Shown: piece by piece, positions 26,366-36,930 of the stretch
Position numbering within the stretch: the first letter of the stretch is position 1
Layout: every line of letters begins with the position of its first letter
Source of the DNA: Vicugna vicugna
Lineage: Eukaryota
Assembly: GCA_013265495.1 (NCBI GenBank)
Contig: MU058059.1
Coordinates: 372,001 to 436,000 of the forward strand
Length of the DNA: 64,000 nt
Direction of reading: 5' to 3'
Translations under genes and position numbers: made by a program
Notes under the pieces: generated by a model
The model's input: the letters and a program-made list of their open reading frames with translations, nothing else
Told to the model about the DNA's origin: nothing
Databases searched by the model: none

Positions 26366-27090
26366 TTTGATAGTTTCATAACATACAAATATTTTTGTCC
26401 ATGATACCACGGGGTCCTCCTTTGACTTTTGTTCTACTCTACTCATATAATAAAAACGGTTTCTTAGTTCCTCTGAATTTAACTCTTCCTACTGTCATTA
26501 GCCATGTTTCCATTTGTAAGCTGGATCTAATTACTGAAGCATTTATCAGAACCCAGGTCACAGCATGTTATTATCTTGCTAATTAATGCTCCCCAGGAGA
26601 CATTGGAATTAACATAAACCAATCTGCAAAAATAATGACCACTGAAATCACAGCCCTAAACACACGTGTTAAGTCAGCACACTCAAATATGGTCCATTTC
26701 ATTAGGAGTTTAGCAAAGGATGGAGAAGTTAACCCAAATGACCCACAGAGAAGCATCAAGATCATATGGGCTCATGGCTGTTAGAAAATGCTTCCTTAGC
26801 AGACAGGCACCAGTTTTGCCTTGATGATTCTATTTGACAGTGATGCAAACACCACAGAAAGGAATATTAAAGACGTATTACATAATCCTTTCTTGACCAA
26901 TTGTTGGCTTGTTTGCTGGAGATTTAAACACTGCCCCAGGCATCTAGTGGTTGGCAATTCAGGCTGTGGAAAATGTCACTGGGTTTTGCCCTCCTACTAA
27001 CTGTGCTCCACAGAGCAGAAAATTAAGCCTGACATATTTGAGGGAGGAGTTTTCTGGTTTGTAAGAACTTATAAAAATAGCCACACTTAC

Positions 27091-27255
27091 TTATTCCAGG
27101 GTCACATTTGTAAGTTCTTAGTAGCTCTCAGATAAATAACTTTCTTACACGTGCTAGATTCTTAGGTCGCTCTCTTAGGTGAACAGACTTCTGTCTCCAA
27201 CTTTAAAAGACACACGTATATACAGCACCACGAAAGACTTTTAAATCTATTGCAT
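27091..27255 (-). other. Candidate non-coding internal exon (165 nt; alternative acceptor at 27200 gives 110 nt)
   Basis: Minus strand: tttttttttctgtttatcttcag|ATGCAATAG...GGAATAA|gtaagt, in unique sequence. Confidence 0.45.
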
Positions 27256-29382
27256 CTGAAGATAAACAGAAAAAAAAATCAATACCTAAAACTATGTATT
27301 TCTGCTTTGGTTTATTCTGACTCCTTCTGAATACAGATAAGTCTGAGTAACTATTTATCAAAATATCAGAATTTTATCATGAATAACCTAGAATTGATGT
27401 ACAAAAGAACCATGAATTTCATACCAGACTCGAATGTATTTTGTTTGTTTTATACATTTTGTTTGAACTATGGTAAAAATTTAAACTAATGATCCTTCAC
27501 TGGTTAGAAGTGTGTTTTGGCATATTTGAAACATTTAAATGCATTTTTTTCTCTCTGTCCTAGGCAATGCGTAGGTTTGCCGTAAGAATCATACCTCACA
27601 AATTGCCCGCCACACTTGATTTACAGATCTGGACTAAAACTATGAGGTACTGAAATGTGCCAGAGTAAGATCCTCATCGAAGAAAACTATTCAGAAAGTC
27701 CTGTTTCTAGAGAGGTTTGCACAATTTCTGCAATAACATCGAATCCCTTTTTTAATCACCCCAAGGCATTTGCCAACTTCATCAAAACAAGGATACACCT
27801 CCCTATCTCTTGCCAAATTTCTTTCTTCCCTGACTTTCCTTTTTTTTTTTAATTAAAGTTTTTTTATCTATCTTGCCTTTGTTCTTCAAAGCACTCTAAA
27901 AGAAAGGAATTGTATCAGGCTTCTAGATTCTATGCACAAAACAACAGGCCCATTTCACTATACATTTCAAGAACTCTGGTCTTCAGAGAAAAATGCTCCC
28001 AAATCTCTCCTTTTCCTCAGCACCTTTTCCGCTGTGTTTGTGCAAAGTTAGAACTCGCATAACACTGCTTTCTCTCACTGTGGCTGGGAAAGGCTTCCTT
28101 TCTGCCTTTTTAAAGTCCTATTGATCAGGCTAATGACATTTACTCAGCACTTGCTAAGTCAAAGGCACAGTTCCACTTGCTGTGAGGACACACATACACA
28201 AAGGACATGGCATGGCTTTCCTTCAACAAAGGTAAGTGTCCTGTGATTCCTGTTTGTTTTACAAAGTAGCCCCCTGATGCCTGAAGAGTCCTCCCCGTCT
28301 GAGCAGAAGAACCACCTCTCACCCACTTACCCACACCTGTCATTTAGTCTTGTCCATAAGAGTTTCCATTCGAATTAAGAAAAGCCAGTACCCCCTCCCC
28401 GAACCACCACCCAGAGTTCTGTGCACACCCTTCCCTTGAAACATACACTCATGACAGTATTGTTTTTGGAAAAGTCAAAGCCCTTATTCTTATCTGACTT
28501 AATGTCCTTTTACTGATGATTCTCTGTACGTGACTCTCCATTACTTTTGCATGTGTGGTTGTAAATTCCTACAGAAGAGAGATGGCTTGTGACATTTTGA
28601 GCCCTCAGCACAATTAAACACCAATGTGCTCTGAGATTACGATGATTATCAACCGAGAATTATACATGCGCCTTCACTCACTCCCGGAGAGGCTTCCAGG
28701 CAGAATCACAGCCCAAAAGGCTATCTATCAAGTCCAGTAACCAAATGCAAGAAAGCCAGCATTTGGGGGACAATTCTGGCTCTCAGAAAACTCTTTTGTT
28801 TTAAATCAAAAGTCAAGAGTTATTGCATTTAAAATACAAATCGCCACATCCCGAAGTTCCTGGTTTTTAAGCTGTTCACTCGCTGCCTGCATATCACGGG
28901 CTGTTCGTCTCCTATTTTGTTTTGCTTTGTTTTGTTTTGTCTTGTTCCTGTCTTCTCTCTGGGTCCCGGGTGATGCCGTGAATCCATAAAGGCTTCCCCT
29001 GAGCACAGAGCAGCAAGTCACACACCTTGTCCATCACCCTTCCCCAGCTGACACATTTCAAATGATCTGAAGTGGCTACAACTGTTCAGTCGAGTTATTA
29101 CAAGATGCTTGGAGAGGTGGCCCCACTTGGAGCCAAACAACCACAGCACAACCTCCTCCGGGTCCTCGAGAGGCTGCAGCCCCAGCCATCTGTGCTCCGC
29201 CGGTCCTGCTCACTCCATCACAGGACAACCTCTCCTGCCTTTTTGCTTTTTGGTGATATTTTTTATGATGAGCCAATTTGGCTCAGAGAAAACATTATTT
29301 TCAGGTGGAGAATGAAAAGCATTTTGTGTCCTTAAACATGGGGAAACCTTGAACCTATGTATGTATATACACTTCATTTATA

Positions 29383-29876
29383 CAGACATCCCTCCAGGAT
29401 ATTGTGGGTCTGGTTCCAGACCACTGCCATGAAGCGAGTATCACAATAAAGCGAGTCACACCCTTTTTGGTTTTCCAGTGCATATAACAGTTACGTTCAC
29501 GCTGTACAGTAGACTATTACGTGTGCAATAGCATTTTGTCTAGAAAAACAATGTATCTATCTTAATTAAAAACACATTATCACTTAAAAAAATGCTAACC
29601 ATCAATTGAGCTGTCAGCAAGTTATCTTTTTTGCAATAGTAACATTAGAGATCCTGATCACAGATCACTGTAACAAATAGATTAATAATGAAAAAGCTTG
29701 AAGTATTGTGAGAATTGCCAAAATGTGCACAGAGACATGAAGTGAGCAAACGCTGCTGGGAAAACGGCGCGGACAGACGTGCTCAACGCAGAGTTGCCCC
29801 AAACTGTCAATTTGTTTAAAAATTCAGTATCTGTGATGCACAAGGAAGCCAAGCACAATAAAATGAGGTTTGCCTG
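29383..29876 (-). mobile_element. Internally deleted Tigger1-type DNA transposon (non-autonomous)
   Basis: Terminal inverted repeats CAGACATCCCTC and GAGGTTTGCCTG (Tigger1 CAGGCATACCTC), TA duplications at 29381-82 and 29877-78, and Tigger1 subterminal sequence at both ends. Confidence 0.93.
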
Positions 29877-30090
29877 TATATTAATGTATATTTACATAGA
29901 GATTTCCCTCATTCTGTTTTCAAGTTTTTTAAAAAAATTTGTTCTTTGACATACCAGTGTCTAATAAGCTTAAATCAACTTTTAGGCATTTTGAAGTTAC
30001 ATATTCTCTGTCCCTCTGGCAAACGATAGATTAAAAAAATACAAGAACTCAAATTTACAATTCTCAGGTTGTTGAAAACTACCATAAATT

Positions 30091-30282
30091 AAAAAAAAAT
30101 TTTATTGAAGTATACTGTATTTAAATATTGTGCTAATTTCTGGTGTACAGCAAAGGGATTCAGTTATACATGTATATACATAATCTTTTTCATATTCTTT
30201 TCCATATGACTTATTTCGGGATATTGAATATAGTTCTCTGTGCTCTATAGTACGTCCTTGTTGTTTATCTATTTTATTTTTT
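30091..30282 (-). mobile_element. LINE-1 3' terminal fragment
   Basis: ttttattgaagtata...tctggtgtacagcaaagggattcagttatacat...ccttgttgtttatctatttt. Confidence 0.9.
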
Positions 30283-30284
30283 CC

Positions 30285-31017
30285 ATTTTTTAAATTGAAG
30301 TATAGTCAATTTACAGTGTTGTGTCAATTTCTGGTGTACAAAATAATGTTTCAGTCATACATATACATACATTCCTTTCCATATTCTTTTTGCATTACAG
30401 GTTACTACAAGATACTGAATATAGTTCCCTGAGCTATACAGTAAAAACTTGCTATTCATCTGTTTTGTATATAGTAATTAGTATCTACAAATCTCGAACT
30501 TCCAATTTATCCTTTCCCACCTCCTTTCCCCACTGGTAACTGTAAGTTTGTTTTCTGGGTCTATAAATCTGTTTCTGTTTTGTAAATAAGTTCATTTGAG
30601 TCTTGTTTTTAGATTCCACATTAAGTGATATCATATTGTATTTTCTCTTTCTCTTTCTGGCTTACTTCACTTAGAATCATGATCTCCTGGTCCACCCATG
30701 TTGCTGTAAATGGCATTATTTTATTCTTTTTTATGACTGAGTGGCTGAGTAGCATTCCATTGTATATATGTACCACAACTTCTTTATCCAATCATCTGTC
30801 GATGGACATTTAGGTTGTTTCCATGTCTTGGCTATTGTGAATAGTGCTGCTACGAACATTGGAGTGCATGCGTCTTTTCGAATTAGGGTTCCCTCCGAAT
30901 AGATACCCAGGAGTGGGACTGCTGGATCAGAGGGTAAGTCTATTTGTAGTTTTTTAAGGAACCCCCCATATTTTGTTTTCCATAGTGGCTGCACCAAACT
31001 GCATTCCCACCAACAGT
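30285..31017 (-). mobile_element. 5'-truncated LINE-1 (ORF2 end plus 3'UTR)
   Basis: ORF 30731-30997 translates to ORF2p C-terminal motifs ([24 protein letters not shown]), followed by a full 3'UTR. Confidence 0.95.
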
Positions 31018-31399
31018 AAAACTAATGTAAATCTCCTCCTAGGGCCCAGATGTGTATGACTGGGATGAGTCAGCTTCCAGACCGGGGCACAAGTCAAAAC
31101 ACTCTCTGGCTATTGCTCCCCCAAGGGACAGGTGTAGGGGGCCTTGCAAAGAACAGGCTCCCTGCTCTTCATGCCATAGACGGAGATGATCTCCACTCCT
31201 CCATGCCTACAAGATCTTCTTTCAAACAAACATCACATGTGTGGTCATACATGTCACAACAATATTTTATTGCAATATTTTAAAATATGGGCTAGATTGT
31301 TAAGTCTTCAAGCTACCTAAGAAGAGATTGGAGGTATAGGTAAGTCTCCCGACTCTTCCAAAATTACTGTCTTCTTATAAAGAAATTTCCCCCTATGCA

Positions 31400-31650
31400 T
31401 GTATCAGAATGGCATCAATAAAACAAAAGACAACACAAGATGCGGGACAGGATGCGGGAGGCCTGGGTCACGCGTACACTGCTGGTGGCAATGTAAGACG
31501 CAGCAGCCACTCCGGAGACCAGTCTGGTGGTGCCGCAGACCAGTCAGTGTGCATGGAACATGCAACCCAGCAACTGCCCTCTTGGGCATTTCGTCCCAGA
31601 GAAGCGAAAACTTAAGTTAACATAAAACCCTGTGCACAACTCTTCACAGA
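31400..31650 (+). mobile_element. Old L1 (L1MC-type) ORF2 3' fragment, CpG-rich
   Basis: tacactgctggtggcaatgtaa...acccagcaactgccctcttgggcattt...cccagagaagcgaaaact. Confidence 0.75.
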
Positions 31651-31949
31651 AATAAAATAGGATGATAAATAGAGAAAGTGTTTCCTTTAAATTGGATGAT
31701 CATGTTATTACTCTGGGGTGACATGTGGGCACAAATGTGGATAATTAAAAAGAACTAGCCATGTAGGAGCTGCAGGCAGAATGCTTCTAAAAGAAGGAAA
31801 AGAAAGTTAAAAGGCCTTCAGGGACTAACTAGTGTGGCGTGTTTGAGAAGTAAACAATGGAAGTCAGAATGTTTGCTGCGTAGGGAGTGGGAGGGAGGGT
31901 TCTAGAAAGCTGAAGGTGGAGAAGTGACCCCGGGAACGGAGGCTCTGGT

Positions 31950-32532
31950 TTTTTCCCAGCTTTACTGAGGTCTAGTTGTCAAATAAAAATTGTATATCTT
32001 TAAGGTACACAGTGTGGTGATTTGACCTATGTATACATTGTGAAATGATTACCGTGGTCAAGCTAATTGACACACCCATCACCACATAGTTACCATTTTT
32101 GTGTGTGGGGGGGGTGCATGTGTCTTTTTGAATTAGAGCTCCCTCTGGACATACGCCCAGGAGTGGGGTTGCTGGATCACAGGGTAAGTCTACTTTTAGT
32201 TTCTTGAGGAATCTCCATACTGTTTCCCATAATGGCTGCACCGAACTTTAGCAGCTTTCAAGTGTACAATTCATTACACTAACTGTGATCACCACGCTGT
32301 GCATTAGATCCTCAGAACTTACTCATAACTGGAAGTGCGTGCCCTGTGACCACCGTCGCTCCACCTCCCCTATATTCTAGCCCTTGGCAACCACTAGCCT
32401 ACCCGCTGCCTCTGCGAGTTCTACCTTTTGAGGTTCTCTATGTGAGATCATGCAGCATTTGTCTTCCTGTGACCGGCTTACTTCCCCCATCATAATGTCC
32501 CCCAGGCTCATCTATGTCGTCGCAAGTGGCAG
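31950..32532 (-). mobile_element. L1MA9-like 3' end interrupted by a younger internal L1 fragment (~32111-32247)
   Basis: ctttactgaggt...tatacattgtgaaatgattacc...catagttacc and gtgcattagatcctcagaactta flank an ORF2-derived piece (ORF 31972-32241: [19 protein letters not shown]). Confidence 0.88.
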
Positions 32533-33467
32533 AAGGACCAGGTGACTCCACAGATGTTCTTTAAATCGCTGAAATACAGACTAAAATGAAGGAATTTCAC
32601 TGTAGGAACTGTGTACCTCAATAAAGCTATTAAAATACAAATGGCCTGATTGGCAGGGGAAAATATGCATAAGAACTTCATAAACAAATGAAGTCTCGTA
32701 TGATTAAATCGAGCTCTGCAGTGCTGATCACAGGCGGGGATTTAGCAATAAAAAGGAACTGATTCAATTATGTTCTTTACAATTTTATAGTCAATAAAAC
32801 ATCATCTTCTATTTCATCCATTAGAAAGGAAATATTTAAATAAACTATTTGGCTGTTGTCTTAACTTGTGAAATTTATATTTACTATTAAGTCAAAAGCT
32901 ATTATCTTTATTCTAACAAAAATGTGGATAGCTTGTAATTAGTTCAAGATACTTTTTACATCAGTATAAATATATCTTATTCTTCTTTAGCAAGATACTT
33001 TGATTTTTTTCAAGTGGAATTACATCAGATTGCAATAAATTATGACAATTTTGGCCAAAAACCTATAAACATACAGATACTGTCAAAACAATTCATAAAC
33101 TCAATCGGATGATGCAGCCAGGGGCCACGTTCTCCACTGAAGCTCCCCAAATCTGGATCCCACTGGGCCAAGTTCTCATGTAAAATGAATTTAAATCATC
33201 CTGAAATCTGAAGAAGTTTCTCTGGGTCCCAAACAATCATCTCTTAAGATATTCTTAGCCGTAAATAAATCTATGTTAAATCAAACTATGAAAAATGGAA
33301 AACTTTGAGCCATTTTAAGGGAGGTTGGAGAACTGAATTTTTATTAGAAAACTGGGGTTCTGAGAAAAAATCTTAGTCCCTTTAGTGTAAAAGTTTTGTT
33401 TCTAAATCTGATAGAGAAGAATTAATGAAGAGGAAGTCATGTATTCTCAACACGAGGGCTGTTTCTT

Positions 33468-33688
33468 TTTTCTTTCAAAAAACTTATTTTTCTTACTCAT
33501 TTTTTTCTATGTATTTTTCTTTTTTTTAAAGCCCAGTGCTTTATCATTTTTTGAGGGGAGAGAGGGAGGTCATTATGTTTGTTTATTTATTTATCATGAT
33601 TATTTATTAATAGAGGTACTAGGGAATGAACCCAGGACCTCATGCATACTAAGCACGTTCTCTACCACTGAGCTGTACCCTCCTCTCT
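33468..33688 (-). mobile_element. tRNA-derived SINE, vic-1 type, with 3' extension
   Basis: Minus-strand head GGAGGGTACAGCTCAGTGGTAGAG...GGTTCATTCCC (A and B boxes). TSD cacRaggRctgtttctt at 33451-33467 and 33689-33705. Confidence 0.93.
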
Positions 33689-35157
33689 CACAAGGACTGT
33701 TTCTTGTAGCAAACGAAAAATCTTAGAAATTACCATGATCATGTGCCAAGGACCAGAGTACATAAATGGAATATAGTACATATCCACGTAGTAAAGTTTC
33801 AAGGAGGACTGATTAGAGGAAAAACAAGTCCATACAGGGCCCTGAATGGGGTAATCATGCAAAGAAGCTGGGAAGCACTGGTGTAGATGATACTTACATG
33901 GATAATTTCAAAATAATTTATTTGGCTTCCTCCTCTCTCATCATTTTTCAAGATTCTTGGTATAGTAAGAACCTGTCAATCACCCTTCCAAAAGCAAGTG
34001 TGAGATAACATTAATACCAAAGCACTTTGCATGCATATTTTTAGAGGCACTATCCAAAAAGTTAATGGTGTTACTGATCTTTCACGCCACAAATCAAACA
34101 CAATATAGACAAACCTACAGGGAGACAGCAAAGTAATTTCGTAAAAAATTGATTTTTGCGTTTCACTTTCACGATCTGCAAATGCTATGGAATAACTGAG
34201 CACACTGCTCTGGCAGTGGGGGAGGGAAGGAATCTTGTGCTCAAGTTTCCTTACCCTGCAGCTGCTGAACAAAAACAGCGACAACTCTGCTCATCCAGTA
34301 CACTGGCATTTCTTTGGTGACCTAAATTATAAAGCACTTGCTTCAAGACAATCAAGCACACTAATTTTAAACACCCATTATGTCTAACACATGATGGAGT
34401 TAGTTATTCAGAAGCAGCAACGTAGATCGGAGGAACTGGCATCGCATCATTTCAGAAAAAGGAGCGGCATGTGGCTTTCAGAACTCTTTGAAAAGTAAAT
34501 TGGTCAATGATTTGATTCAATATTTTTAGATTCAGAAATGTATCTGTGATGATGACTTTCCCAATTTTCTCTTCTTTAAATTGCTTTCACTTCATCTTAC
34601 CAAATAAGCTTTCTTTTAGAACAAAAAAACTTGCAAACTTCCTAATTAAATTCAATGTATCTACTTCTTGCAGAAGTACTAAGAAACCAAATTATTCCTT
34701 AAGAAATTCAGCAATTCTACCAAATGTGATACAAAAATAAAATGATTTAGAGGGATAGAGGGAACACTCAGAAATAGTAAATCAGCTTCTTCAGAATTTA
34801 AAAAGGTATTTAGTTGGTCACATACTTTTCTCAAAATGCTAAAAAAAAACTTAATGAATCTTGTTTTATCAACATATATTTGTACAAAGGACATAAGCAA
34901 TGTACTCATTTTGATGACCTTTAAAACAAAGAGCAATACGCGGCATGGTGTGACTACACTGGGGTAAGTTCATGATTCTCAGGAGAAAACACTTTAAAGA
35001 CATCACCCAAGACGGAGTTTTCGTGATGACTGTAAACCAGAGGCACCACCATAGCTCAGCTATTTTAAGCGTTTTCTAACACATCTTTCCTTCCCGTTCA
35101 TCACAATTTCTCTCCCAATTTGGCCAAGGGTATTTCATTCTTTTAAGGTTTAGATAT

Positions 35158-35681
35158 CCTGAGGGTGAATTTTATGTGTCAACTTGGCGAGGCCACGGTG
35201 TCCGGTATTTGGTCAAACACCAAATGGATGTTGCCATGAAGGTATTTTGAGATGTAATTAACATATAAAGTAGATTCTCCTCCGTAAGAGGGTGGGCCTC
35301 ATCCAGTCAGTTGAGCGTCTTTAGAAAGAGACCAACTTGTCCCAAGGAAGAGGGAATTCTGCCAGTTGACCACCTTCAAACCCGAACAGCAACGTTAACG
35401 CTTCCCTGGGTCTCCAGGTTACTGGCCATCCCTGCGGATTTGGGACTTGCTAGCCCCCACAATTTTGCCTAAGTCTTTAAAATAAATCTTTCTCTTGCTC
35501 GATAGATAGTGTCTATCAATCAACTGATCGATCTATTGATCTATGTCTATCTATCTACCTATATATCAATATATATATTGATATATATACCTATATATCA
35601 ATAGGTAGATAGATCCATCAATCGATTGATAGATTTTATATCCTATTGGTTGTAATTCCCAGGAGCGCCTGCACTACTACA
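35158..35681 (+). mobile_element. MLT2 (ERVL) solo LTR
   Basis: aattttatgtgtcaacttgg...tatttggtcaaacac...gggtgggcctcatccagtcagttga...aaataaatct...tatcctattggtt...ctactaca. Confidence 0.9.
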
Positions 35682-36622
35682 GATTTATAATGCTTTCTTA
35701 ATTTTAAAGGTGGTAGACTATTACTTTAATGTTTTTTAATAGAGAAATGATTAACTTCCCCATGTAATGCTATTTAAAATGAAGCTGCTATTAAAATTCA
35801 GACCTCCCTCAGCTGACAAGAAGGAGAGAGCAGAGGGCAGAAATGTGATTTCTCTCCCATTTTCTTCTATTTCTCTATTGCCAACACTGGTGAAGCAGTG
35901 ACTATGGAATAAAGCAAGTTAAAGACTACAAATTTTTAAAGAATTCAGCTGACCTCCATCCTACACTGCATCAGAGATATGCAGTTTTTTCCCCAATGTA
36001 AGGAAACAGGTTCAGATAAGCAAAGACAGATGTCCAAGGTCAGAAAATCATCTGATGGGAGAACCAGAAATAGAACTGTCTCTCCCTATATCTGAGACGT
36101 ACTTGTCAGCTGGAATAATTCTAATTTTTTTGTGTACGGATGTGTGCATGTGTGTTTCACTAAGAAAAAAATATTGGTTATTGTACCTTGTCCCCAGCTG
36201 ACCAGAACTCCCCCATCTTATCTTCTGATTCTAACTATAATCCAGAACCTCAATTCTTATGCAGTTTTTAGTGACCCACAACTTACCTTCTTTCCTGATT
36301 CAAAGAATTTAACATTGTCTGTTTTCCCAGAACTTTGATACCCATCTAAGGGCCCAGCCTTAGTCTTTCTACAGTCAAATTAAAATACCTCCTGAATAGC
36401 CAGGTACCATGTTGGGCCACAGAAACAAACACATCACTTTGATGCCACAGTGAGTGTGTAACAGAGAAGAGCCCAGGCTCTCAGGGAACAGAGAGGACAG
36501 GATTTGTCTCCAGAGTGAAAGGGAACAGTAGTGTGTGGTTGGGGTCAGGAGACTGGCAAATGGGATTAGAGAAAAAATCTTATGAGGAAGTAAAATCTGG
36601 TATAATTCTTGGCTAAGTTAAA

Positions 36623-36650
36623 AGAGAGAGAGAGAGAGAGAGGGAGAGAG
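36623..36650. repeat. (GA)n microsatellite, imperfect
   Basis: Read directly. Confidence 0.9.
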
Positions 36651-36839
36651 ATGAAAAGGAGAATGGTGCTCCTGGCAATAGGATGACAGCAATTCAGTGA
36701 CATGGAGACACAAAGGACCAGACAGGTGATCAGGCTGGAGCAGCCTTGGGTCGGGGAGGGATACAGTTATGAATGCACTGTTGTAACAATTATTGTTACA
36801 GGAGTGGAAGCAGGGAGCATGACTGGAAACCAGAAACTA

Positions 36840-36930
36840 TAGCCATTCCTTGGTATCTGCAGAGGTTTGGCTCCAGCACTCCCCATGGGTACCAAAGGGA
36901 CTCCCCACAGGCACTAAAATCCACAGATGC
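36840..36930 (+). mobile_element. MER2/Tigger-type DNA transposon end fragment
   Basis: ccttggtatctgcagaggtttggctccagcactcccc...aaaatccacagatgc resembles the MER2 terminus. Confidence 0.6.

Noticed and set aside
33610..33688. tRNA-like sequence with A and B boxes (also near 10420-10482 and 18885-18957)
   Set aside because: These are SINE heads with AT-rich tails and TSDs, not tRNA genes.
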